64,000 bases of DNA from Candidatus Multivoradales bacterium (GTDB taxonomy: Bacteria; Acidobacteriota; Thermoanaerobaculia; Multivoradales; J023). The stretch is from contig CBDFLE010000006.1 in assembly GCA_965248925.1 (NCBI GenBank), positions 2,592,001 to 2,656,000 on the forward strand. The letters are read 5' to 3'. Position numbers and translations under genes: made by a program. The notes under the pieces are model-generated. The model was given only the letters and a program-made list of their open reading frames with translations. It searched no databases and was not told where the DNA came from. Below are positions 10,008 to 18,449 of this stretch, piece after piece. Numbering within the stretch: the stretch's first letter is position 1; every line of letters begins with the position of its first letter.

Positions 10008-10472
10008 ATGAAAGAAGACGTTCGGAGTGAAAGCGCGCCGCAGATTTCTGCCGGCCAGGCTCTGATCCGCGAGGGCATTCGCCTAGGCAAGAGCCAGCGA
10101 CTCGAGCAAGCGGTTCTCTGTTTGGTACAAGGACTCAGCCGGATCGAACCCACAACAGAGCCACGCTTGGTATTGAGCGCTCTGCACAATCTGGCGCTAT
10201 TCTTGGCTCATCTGGGGATGACTGTGATCGCCAAAGCGGTGGTCGAGCTAGCCGCGCCGCTTTACCACGACCACGGTGATGAGTTGATGGCGGTGCGCCT
10301 GGGTTGGCTCCAGGGAACTATCGCCCATATCTCAGGAGAACACCCTAAAGCGGCCAAATTACTTCGGCAAACGGTGACGTCGTTGCAAGAGTTGGATGCC
10401 GAAGCTCTCTTGAAACAGGCCGGCCAAGAACTTGCCGAGGTCGAACGCAAGCTCCGTCGTCGGGCGGCCTGA
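10008..10472 (+). CDS. Small TPR-like helical protein
   Basis: ATG after GAGGA. Helical repeats EPRLVLSALHNLALFLAHLG and LGWLQGTIA. Confidence 0.6.
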   Translation: MKEDVRSESAPQISAGQALIREGIRLGKSQRLEQAVLCLVQGLSRIEPTTEPRLVLSALHNLALFLAHLGMTVIAKAVVELAAPLYHDHGDELMAVRLGWLQGTIAHISGEHPKAAKLLRQTVTSLQELDAEALLKQAGQELAEVERKLRRRAA

Positions 10473-10520
10473 GTAAGAAGGAGCCTCTGTGCCATCACGC
10501 GCGGGCCCGTCCAAGGTCGA

Positions 10521-11966
10521 TCAGTCGATATAGCCCAAGGCTCGTAACTGCTCCAAGTCCTCGGCACTTATCGTCGGCGGAGGGAGGTCGTCAGACGCTT
10601 CCAGCCCCTCGCGCACCAGAACTAGCCAGTCGCGAAGAGACTGGCTAGGCTGACTGTCCAGCCGGACCGACGAACGAGACTCTCCCGGATCGGCCTGAAA
10701 GTCGAACAACTTGCGCAAATCCCCGCGGACCCTCCAGGTCTCTTTGGCTCTGCCCTCAACTCGGCCGACCGCCAGCAATCCTCGGCGCCGCGCTTGCGCG
10801 GAACCTTCGCGAACAGCTCCGCGATGGGCCTGATGCCAGGTCACTCTCCCCGCCGGCACTTCCGCGCCGTCTAAAACCCCCGACCAATCGTAGCCACGGA
10901 ACGAACTCACCGCCGGCAAGCCAATGAGCCCCAGCACGGTGGGCGCTAGGTCGAGACTGGAAGCGAGAGCATCGACCTGCACTGGTTTGACTCTTCCTTG
11001 CCAAGTAATACCCATCGGCACCCGCAGGCTCTCTTCATAGAGATGGCGCCCATGTCCCCAATAGCTGTGCTCGCCTAGGCTCTCGCCGTGGTCCGACAGG
11101 AACACCACCATGGTGTCCCGAGGCGAGGAGAATCGCCCCACCACCGACAAGAGCTCACCCACCGCCCGGTCGACGAACGCCACCTCGGTGTCATATCGGT
11201 CCGACGGGCTGTGATCGCCACCCTTGGCTATGCCGAGGCTTTCAGCAAGGTGCGCACGAAATCGGTACGGAGCATGAGGCTCGACGTAGTGCACCCAGAG
11301 CAAGAAGGGCCAGCGTTGATCCTCGGCCCGGTGCTGCTCAAGCCAGCTGACCGCCTGCCGGTTGAGATCTCCAGCATCGGCCTCGCCAGCAAAGAAGATC
11401 CAACGCCGTCGGGACAGCACCTCCTCAAAAGTGTCGAAATGCTCACCCAGGCCCGAAAGGGCATTTCGCAGGGTCCAATTGCCGACGAAGGCCGCCGTTT
11501 TGTAGCCTCTCCTGGCCAGCACCTTCGCCAGGGAAGGCAGTTGGGGTCGTAGGCTCAGCCCGTTGCGGGTCGAACCGTGCTCATGCGGGTGCAGGCTGGT
11601 CCACAGAGAACACATCGACGGCGCGGTCAGCGGCTCCGGCACCCGAGCCTGGGAAAAGCGCACACCGCGTTGCAAGAGCAGATCGATCGACGGCGTGGTT
11701 GGCCGCGAATAGCCGTTGATCGACAGGCGGTCGTAGCGCAGAGTATCCACGGTAATCAGCACTACGTTGGGAAAGCGTCGGCGCTCGTCCACTGAGACTG
11801 GCGCCGGCCCTGACGCCACTTCAGCCGCCACCAATGGCTCAGCGAGCCACCCTCCGCCAGAGACTAGAACACACAGCAGAGCGCAGACTTCAAGAACCGT
11901 CCGCCAGCGCCGGCCATTGAGGCGAAGGGGCAGGTTGGCTCGGGATTTCTTTGCTTCCGCTGTCAT
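10521..11966 (-). CDS. Sulfatase-like hydrolase/transferase (alkaline phosphatase superfamily)
   Basis: PNVVLITVDTLRYD, PLTAPSM at the nucleophile site, WVHYVEPHAPY, SDHGESLGEH and the C-terminal EQLRALGYI. Confidence 0.85.
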   Translation of the reverse strand: MTAEAKKSRANLPLRLNGRRWRTVLEVCALLCVLVSGGGWLAEPLVAAEVASGPAPVSVDERRRFPNVVLITVDTLRYDRLSINGYSRPTTPSIDLLLQRGVRFSQARVPEPLTAPSMCSLWTSLHPHEHGSTRNGLSLRPQLPSLAKVLARRGYKTAAFVGNWTLRNALSGLGEHFDTFEEVLSRRRWIFFAGEADAGDLNRQAVSWLEQHRAEDQRWPFLLWVHYVEPHAPYRFRAHLAESLGIAKGGDHSPSDRYDTEVAFVDRAVGELLSVVGRFSSPRDTMVVFLSDHGESLGEHSYWGHGRHLYEESLRVPMGITWQGRVKPVQVDALASSLDLAPTVLGLIGLPAVSSFRGYDWSGVLDGAEVPAGRVTWHQAHRGAVREGSAQARRRGLLAVGRVEGRAKETWRVRGDLRKLFDFQADPGESRSSVRLDSQPSQSLRDWLVLVREGLEASDDLPPPTISAEDLEQLRALGYID

Positions 11967-12143
11967 CTTCGGCCCGCTCCCTACTTGCCGAATCCGGGGA
12001 ACAGTAACCCACCGTGAAGAGCCCAGGTTTTCGCTCCGGCCGCTCACTGCTCTGTCCACCAAATTCTGCTTGGATTGCGTTCCAGAATCTAACAAGCCCC
12101 CTGACGGAGATCTACCGTCAGAGGGCTTGGAAACTGCGAAGAT

Positions 12144-12218
12144 TGGCTCCTCGGGAGGGACTTGAACCCCCAACCCATCGGTTAACAGCCGATTGCTCTA
12201 CCATTGAGCTACCGAGGA
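12144..12218 (-). tRNA. tRNA-Asn (GTT)
   Basis: Reverse complement TCCTCGGTAGCTCAATGGTAGAGCAATCGGCTGTTAACCGATGGGTTGGGGGTTCAAGTCCCTCCCGAGGAGCCA folds as a cloverleaf with a GTT anticodon and encoded CCA. Confidence 0.97.
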
Positions 12219-12241
12219 ATATCGGCCTTGCCGAGTCGGGA

Positions 12242-12270
12242 ATTCTAGGAGTGTCTGGCTTCGATGTCAA
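12242..12270 (-). promoter_or_regulatory. Sigma70 promoter of tRNA-Asn
   Basis: TTGACA-17 nt-TAGAAT on the minus strand, 23 nt upstream of the tRNA. Confidence 0.8.
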
Positions 12271-12290
12271 CGCTGCCGCCAATTCACCTC

Positions 12291-12953
12291 TCAGCTCTCG
12301 CTACGGCGGAGACCTTCGTCGATGAATAAGCGGCAAAAGGCCGCCAGGCAGCGCTCATTGATCCGCCGCACACTGGAGCGATGGGGGCCAACATTGGCCG
12401 CCACTTGCTGCTCCGCGCCACCGAGCTTGTATCGACTAAGAATCAAGCCGCGATACAGGGCCGGCAGGAAGTCCACCAGTCGATAGACCTCATCTTGCAA
12501 TTGTTTTCGCTGGCGCGGCGACAAATCGCCAGAGAAAAACATCTCTCTCAAAGTGAGATCCAACGCCTCGCAGACTTGACGCTTGCGTTGACGCAGAAAC
12601 AACATCGCCCGCAGTCGCGAGGTGCCGGTGAGGTCCTTCTCGCGTTCATCAACCTCCCGCCTTCGAGCGCTCAATGTCCAGCGCGCCTGGCGCAGCACAT
12701 CACCCGTCTCGTCAGCTGAAAGATTGACCGTCGCGAATAGCGTCCACAAGCGCGAACGCAGCTGCACCAAGGCAAAATCGAGAGGGTGATCGCTGACGCC
12801 ATCGTCGCGCGGCGGCACCAGGGGAGGGTCGGCAATCTTCGCTCGAAGGCTTCCAGGCGGTAGAATCTCCTGCTCACGAACATCTCTTGTTCGCGGCTCT
12901 ATGCCGAGATCGCGTGCTGGAAGAGGTTTCATGCCGTCTGACACCTCGCGCAC
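12291..12953 (-). CDS. Divergent ECF sigma-factor-like protein (region 4 HTH)
   Basis: The C-terminus LPALYRGLILSRYKLGGAEQQVAANVGPHRSSVRRINERCL resembles sigma region 4. Start uncertain. Confidence 0.5.
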   Translation of the reverse strand: MREVSDGMKPLPARDLGIEPRTRDVREQEILPPGSLRAKIADPPLVPPRDDGVSDHPLDFALVQLRSRLWTLFATVNLSADETGDVLRQARWTLSARRREVDEREKDLTGTSRLRAMLFLRQRKRQVCEALDLTLREMFFSGDLSPRQRKQLQDEVYRLVDFLPALYRGLILSRYKLGGAEQQVAANVGPHRSSVRRINERCLAAFCRLFIDEGLRRSES

Positions 12954-13104
12954 CGCCTGAAGCGGTCATTTACCTTCGGGAATCCTGCGAATCTCTCTCA
13001 GGTTACAACAAGCAAGACAGCGAAGAAAGTCCAATCTCAACATCAACGACAGATACACTGTCCCGACTTCAGCCTCTTACTACCTCTCGGAGCCCGCATC
13101 CAAA

Positions 13105-13518
13105 ATGACCCAAGCCAAGCTGGATAGAGGGGTCCACAACCCTCGGATCATCGATCTGATCACCCGCGACGAAGCCCGCGGCGAAGTCGTGTTGGCGATG
13201 ATCGAAGAGCGCCCCTGGGACACCCACCCGGAGCAGCTCGAGCAGCTCAACGACAAGCTCGACAGCTATCTCAGCTATGCTCTCGATGGTCATTTGGTCG
13301 AGCAATACCCGCAGTACGCGGGCTACCCGGTGCAACTACGCTTGGACTGCGTTAGCGAGCCTCGGGGCACCACCGTCGACCTGCTCAAGGCCGCCCGCCA
13401 GGTCGCGGCTCAATACGGCATTCGTCTGTTGACGCGAGTACTTGAGGCCGCTGAAATCGAACGTGCGCCGTGGGAGACCGCCCCGCCAGACGGTCGCGGC
13501 GGCGGCGATAGCAAGTGA
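13105..13518 (+). CDS. Conserved hypothetical protein (DUF6572-like)
   Basis: NPRIIDLI...LAMIEERPW...QLNDKLDSYLSYALDG...YP pattern, with host-like codon usage. Confidence 0.6.
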   Translation: MTQAKLDRGVHNPRIIDLITRDEARGEVVLAMIEERPWDTHPEQLEQLNDKLDSYLSYALDGHLVEQYPQYAGYPVQLRLDCVSEPRGTTVDLLKAARQVAAQYGIRLLTRVLEAAEIERAPWETAPPDGRGGGDSK

Positions 13519-13707
13519 CTACCAGGACTAACACTCGGCGCCGCCCTCACGCCAGCCGAGGAATCTGGCGTAGTCTTACGTTGGCTAGTGGGCAGTCCTC
13601 GCAGGGCCGCTCTCCCGGCCAATTCGGTCCGCGGCCGAGGCCAGACCAGCTGTCGCCGGTTTCAAGGTCGTAGTACATCGGCGGTGCCTTGGCCCTGCCA
13701 TCGATCG

Positions 13708-14047
13708 TCAGCCGTGGATAGGAGATCTTCCTTGGGCAACAGCCGCCCCCGGCCGCTCGCCGGGCAGCAGACCGAAAGCCTCTCGCATCTCAGTGGCGAT
13801 CACCCACAGGCGCTCACACCAAAGCTTGAGCGGTCCGCTCAATGGTGTCTCGCCATGGTCCGAGTACTCATCGAGCCCGCGCAAGGCCCGCTCGATGTCG
13901 AGCAGTCCACCGCGTACTTCCCATTCTCGATCGTGCCCGGAGATGGCCGAGGCACCCCGTTCGATGTAAATCAGGATGCCGAAGCGGCGCACCAGCTCCG
14001 AGCGGGCGGGTGAGAGTCCGGCCAAACAAGCTTCCCGGAAGGGATGT
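13708..14047 (-). pseudogene. 3' remnant of an unknown gene truncated by IS21
   Basis: The reading frame runs up to the IS terminus with no start of its own. Confidence 0.35.
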
Positions 14048-14402
14048 TGCCTATTCCGACGAAACTGACCAGCCATTCCGATCGAAACCGACCACTTGTC
14101 GGAGCGAAGCGACGCTGGCGCTCTCCTCAGTTGTAAGTGTCCACTTTCGCTGTAGCTGGAGCCCTCCTTCCGGCTCTTCTTCTTGATTGATTGTATTCAA
14201 ATAACCCGTCGTCGGGGCTGTGCGTAGCTGTGGGAAACGCAGGTTGGGGGGCAGGGGGGCGTTTTCCAAGCGGTTGTGGGAATCGCAGAGCGATTTCCAC
14301 AACCGCGGCAGCTTCCACAGTCCATCTTGGGTCGGGTCCGGATCGGGCCGCAGGCCCGCTGATGGGTCCGGATCGGCGATCGCTTCAGCATGCTCTTGGA
14401 TC

Positions 14403-15167
14403 TCACCTTGCCTCTCGCTGGGCGGCCTTGCGAATACCGCCGGCTCTCTTCGCCCGCATGGAGTCACCGTCCACCGCGAGCTTGTAGGCGCCGTGGACAA
14501 TGCGATCGAGGATGGCGTCGGCCAAGGTCGGATCGCCGATGACCTCGTACCAGCTCTCAACCGGTAGCTGGGAGGTCACCAGCGTGGAGCGGTTGCCGTA
14601 GCGGTCCTCAAGAATCTCGAGCAGGTCGCGCCGCTCGCTGGCCCCGATCGGCGCCAGCCCCCAGTCGTCGAGGATGAGCAGGTCTGTGCGAGCATAGCTC
14701 TTGAGCAGCTTCTCGTAGCTACCATCACCCCGCGCGATGGCGAGCTGGCGAAACAGCCTCGGCACCCGCAGGTACAAAGCGGTGTAACCCTCCCGACATG
14801 CCTTGTGCGCGAAGGCGCAGGCGAGAAAGGTCTTGCCCACCCCGGCCTTGCCGGTGATCAGCACGTTGAGATGCTCGGCGATCCACTGGCACGAGGCCAG
14901 GCGCAGGATCTGGCCTTTGTCCAGGCCCCTCTTGGCTCGCCAGTCGATGTCTTCGATGGCCGCCTGCTCGCGCAGCTTGGCTTTTCGCAACCGCGCTATC
15001 AAGCGGCGGCTGGATCGCTCGGTCGCTTCGCGCTCGACCAGCAGCCCGAGGCGCTCTTCGAAGGAGAGCTCTGAGACATCGACCATCGACAGCTGCTCCT
15101 CAAAGGCTTTGGCCATACCGTGGAGCTTGAGCGCGGCGAGTTGATCGAGCGTCGCGTGCCTCAGCAT
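14403..15167 (-). CDS. istB: IS21 helper AAA+ ATPase IstB
   Basis: GKAGVGKT Walker A, LLILDDWG Walker B and ADAILDRIVH. The ATG overlaps the end of istA. Confidence 0.95.
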   Translation of the reverse strand: MLRHATLDQLAALKLHGMAKAFEEQLSMVDVSELSFEERLGLLVEREATERSSRRLIARLRKAKLREQAAIEDIDWRAKRGLDKGQILRLASCQWIAEHLNVLITGKAGVGKTFLACAFAHKACREGYTALYLRVPRLFRQLAIARGDGSYEKLLKSYARTDLLILDDWGLAPIGASERRDLLEILEDRYGNRSTLVTSQLPVESWYEVIGDPTLADAILDRIVHGAYKLAVDGDSMRAKRAGGIRKAAQREAR

Positions 15168-16735
15168 GGCGGCGTCTCCTCGCGGCGCGCGGCACTGTAG
15201 TAGCTGGCGCCGCGGACGTTGCGGTGCTCGATCGGCGCCGTCACTTCGGTGGGCTCGGGCGCTGCTTGCTGGTCCAGGCCGCTCTTCAGGATCGACTTCA
15301 CGCTCTTGTAGGACAGGCCGTGAATGGCGAGCGCGCGGCGGCACGCAGCCTCCAAACGATTGGCACCATAGGTCTTGCCCAGGCGCATCAGCCCCAGACA
15401 CGAGCGAAAGCCGTGCTGAGGATGGGAGCGGTTAAGCATGATGGTCTCCACCAGTTCGGCCGTCGCCTGGCCTGTTTTCGCCGCCCAGCTGATCAGCCGT
15501 GTCGGTGTCCACTCCAGGTACGCCTGGTGCGCTTTGGGCATGTGCTCGCTCTGGGTCGTGTGCCGACCCCGACACCGATTGCGACGATGAGCAGCCACAC
15601 GCTTGCCGCGATCGAGCACCTCCACCATGTGCGCCGTCGCCCGCAGATCGAGCTGCTTCTTGATCAGCTGGTACGGCACACTGTAATAGTGGCCCTCGAA
15701 CTCGACGTGGTAGTCCGGGGCAACGCGTACCTTCTTCCATTCGGCAAGCTCGTAGGGCTGGAGCGGCAAAGCACCCAGAGCAGGACGATCGACCTGCTCG
15801 AACAGCGCTCGGCGCGAGACGCCCAACACCTTCAGCGGACGGTCGTTAAGCTCGACCAGAAGCTTCGCGATGCTCTCGTTGAGCTCTCGCAGGCTGAAGA
15901 ACTGCTGGTTACGCAGCCGGGCCAGAATCCAGCGCTCCACTTGCAATACACCATTTTCGACCTTCGCCTTGTCTTGGGGCTTCCTCACCCGCGCCGGCAC
16001 CACCGCCACGCCGTAGTGCTCGGCCAACTCCGCGTAGGTGCGATTGATCTCCGGCTCGTAGCGGCACGGGCTGGTCACGCCGCTCTTCAGATTGTCCGGC
16101 ACCACCAGCTCGCTCACCCCGCCCAGAGCCGCGAAGGTCCGCACATGAGAGCCGATCCAGTCCTCCAGGCCCTGGCTCCACGTTGCTTCGGCATAGGTGT
16201 AATTGCTCGCCCCCAGCACCGCCACGAAGATCTGCGCTTCGCGCGCTTTGCCAGTCGCCGGGTCGATCACCCTCACGGTCTGTCCGGCGTAGTCGACGAA
16301 CAGCTTCTCGCCCGCCCGGTAGGCTTGGCGCAGGCACACATCCAGGCGCCCTTCCCAGATCCGGTACAGCTGACAGAAGCGGCTGAGACCGTAGCCGTCA
16401 GGATGGTCCTCCCGGTACTCCTGCCACAGCAGCGACAGGGTTACGCACTTCTTCTTCAGCTCGCCATGCACCTTGGTCCAGTCGGGCAAGGCTCGCTGAC
16501 CACCCCTCCGAAGCGGCTGCGGCCGAGGGTACAGGCGTTGCTCCAGCTCAGCGTCGCTCAAAGCTGCTACTTGCTCCCAGCTCAGGCCTTCAACCTTGGC
16601 TCGCAGCAGGTAGTTGCACACCGTCCCGTGGCCCAGCCGAACCGACCGTCCGATCTGGCGGTGCGACAGGCCATGCTGCCATTTCAGTCTCAGTACCTCG
16701 CGTATCTTGCGCATCGATGTCCTCACTCTCGGCAT
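15161..16735 (-). CDS. istA: IS21 DDE transposase IstA
   Basis: MRKIREVLRL HTH, FVDYAG, VPDNLKSGV, KPQDKAKVE, YYSVPY and HRNVRGASYY. Confidence 0.95.
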   Translation of the reverse strand: MPRVRTSMRKIREVLRLKWQHGLSHRQIGRSVRLGHGTVCNYLLRAKVEGLSWEQVAALSDAELEQRLYPRPQPLRRGGQRALPDWTKVHGELKKKCVTLSLLWQEYREDHPDGYGLSRFCQLYRIWEGRLDVCLRQAYRAGEKLFVDYAGQTVRVIDPATGKAREAQIFVAVLGASNYTYAEATWSQGLEDWIGSHVRTFAALGGVSELVVPDNLKSGVTSPCRYEPEINRTYAELAEHYGVAVVPARVRKPQDKAKVENGVLQVERWILARLRNQQFFSLRELNESIAKLLVELNDRPLKVLGVSRRALFEQVDRPALGALPLQPYELAEWKKVRVAPDYHVEFEGHYYSVPYQLIKKQLDLRATAHMVEVLDRGKRVAAHRRNRCRGRHTTQSEHMPKAHQAYLEWTPTRLISWAAKTGQATAELVETIMLNRSHPQHGFRSCLGLMRLGKTYGANRLEAACRRALAIHGLSYKSVKSILKSGLDQQAAPEPTEVTAPIEHRNVRGASYYSAARREETPPC

Positions 16736-17158
16736 CCAATCCTCCTTTCAAGGAGGCTGGAATACCCCAATTGTGAGGAGCGCGCTACCGTCGAACTCCG
16801 CCGTGGCCAGGATTCCGATCCAATCTGACCACCCATTCCGATCGACCCGGAAAAGTGGTCACTTTCGATCGGAATCGATGGTCAGATTCCGTTGGAATCA
16901 CTGGTCACTTTCAATCGGAATCGGTGGTCGGTTTCCGTCGGTGCAGGCATTGGCCGTGGTACGACCAAGGGGAGCACCTCACCAGGTACACGAATGCCCG
17001 GCCGAAACCGGGCAGCTACGAATCGGCTGGCACCTAAGCTGCGGGCAGCTACGAATCGGCTGGCACCCACGCCCAGGGCTCTTCATAATGTGCCGGATAC
17101 CTATTTCTGGCTGAGAATTCCGACTCGTCTCTTGATCGCACCTCCCCGGCCAAGCCCA

Positions 17159-17630
17159 CTAGTAACTCCGAGAATACTCGATCCTCAAATCGAAGTTCTG
17201 ATGCCCGATGCTTATTTTCAGATCCAAGAAGAGAGCGTCTCCCAAGACAAGATCTGCCTGAGACCCAAGATCGAAGGCTAAATTAATCCGTCCTTTTGCA
17301 CCTGCTTCGATGAGCGAAAACTCGTCGCCTTCTGACTTATAGACCCGCTCGCCTACCGCAAGAGTAGCTGAGCTAACAGAAAAAGCTCGGCCCGACAAAT
17401 TGGTCACTAAAAACTCGGGGCCGAACCATTCACTTCCGAGGAGCCCACCGGAACCGAGGCTGACGAACTTAACACCCCGCCACGAGAGAGTTCGCCTGAA
17501 CTCCGACTCAGCCTCCCACCCGACAGGGTCGTATCTAAGGCCTGGGTCACAGGCGACAAAGGTCACCAGAAATACTACCAGAGATGCCAAGTTCAACCCC
17601 GGCACAGGTCTTACGCTAGAGAATTTGCAC
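17159..17630 (-). CDS. Putative lipoprotein immunity protein of the orphan toxin
   Basis: Low GC. Signal LASLVVFLVTFVAC-D (lipobox) directly after the orphan toxin. Start approximate. Confidence 0.55.
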
Positions 17631-18004
17631 ACAGTAAACTTTCCCTTCAATAAACTGATAACCCTCTCGCAATTGACACTCAGAAAGGGCTTCTCGGATC
17701 GCATCTCTGACGGACTCAGTGTCTGATTCATTCAGCTCCTCTCCCTCTTGAATGTTATTCAAGATGCCTGGGTTGTCGGCAAGAAATGAGTTGACGGCGT
17801 CCTGAAAATCACTAGCCCGGCGCTCGAATGATATGGCCTCATACGCCTCTTTCTTACTGGCTCCTTCCTTACGGTTCTTCCGATACTCACTCAGGTACTT
17901 CCTGGCGAATCCAAGTTTCCCAAGCTTCTGGTACTGCCCGACATGGATCAACTCGTGGCCAATCAACGCCACGCTCCCTGGACGATAAGCCCAGAAGCAC
18001 CAAA
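17616..18004 (-). pseudogene. Orphan polymorphic-toxin C-terminal fragment, HExxH zinc peptidase (DUF4157-like)
   Basis: ALIGHELIHVGQY...YEAISFERRA. Begins immediately after the 40-bp repeat with no credible start. Confidence 0.65.
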
Positions 18005-18080
18005 GCCCGGCCGAAACCGGGCTGCTACGAATCGATTGGCACCTCTTCAGCTTTGTACTCACTGCAAGTTGAAGAGAATC

Positions 18081-18449
18081 TCATTTTCTAGGAGAGCCAA
18101 TTTTCCGGCGCCCTAGAGAATACGCCACCAAGCATCCTATGAGGAAATACTTAACTCCACCGAGAAAAATTACAACAAACATTTCTCCTAAGAATGCTGC
18201 GTGGGTGGAATCGCGAAACAGATTCGCCACCGGGCCGATAGTCCGCATTTGAAAACCGTGAGAGTTAAGAAATTGTCCAACCGGAAAATGAAAAATTCGC
18301 TCTATTCTCGCCACGTCAGCGCCGAAAGATCCCCAATATTGAACTCGAAGACACATAAGAATGGGCACAAGGCTTGCGTGGGCCAAGAAAAAGACCATTC
18401 CCCAAGTGACTATCTTTTTCGCAGAATTAATCACCAGGATTTCCACCAT
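18081..18449 (-). CDS. Putative membrane immunity protein for the Rhs toxin
   Basis: Small, low GC, two hydrophobic segments. The ATG overlaps the Rhs 3' end. Confidence 0.6.
   Translation of the reverse strand: MVEILVINSAKKIVTWGMVFFLAHASLVPILMCLRVQYWGSFGADVARIERIFHFPVGQFLNSHGFQMRTIGPVANLFRDSTHAAFLGEMFVVIFLGGVKYFLIGCLVAYSLGRRKIGSPRK

Larger units (their letters stand above)
14048..16949 (-). mobile_element. IS21-family insertion sequence (about 2.9 kb)
   Basis: Ends TGCCTATTCCGACGAAACTGACCA and (reverse complement) TGCCTGCACCGACGGAAACCGACCA. Multiple subterminal ATTCCGATCGAAA(G/C)(T/C)GACCA repeats. Contains istA and istB. No target duplication is visible. Confidence 0.92.
16996..18044. repeat. 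Dispersed 40-bp hairpin-containing direct repeat (16996-17035, partial 17042-17067, 18005-18044)
   Basis: gcccggccgaaaccgggc(a/t)gctacgaatcg(gc/at)tggcacct, with 3 mismatches between the full copies. Confidence 0.85.

Noticed and set aside
15224-16828. 534-aa plus-strand ORF and other long antisense ORFs (e.g. 5547-6530, 52548-53651)
   Set aside because: Shadow ORFs opposite well-supported genes in GC-rich DNA, with no motifs.
16800-17067. CRISPR-like array
   Set aside because: These are IS21 subterminal transposase-binding repeats plus a 2-copy repeat. There are no regular unique spacers and no cas genes.
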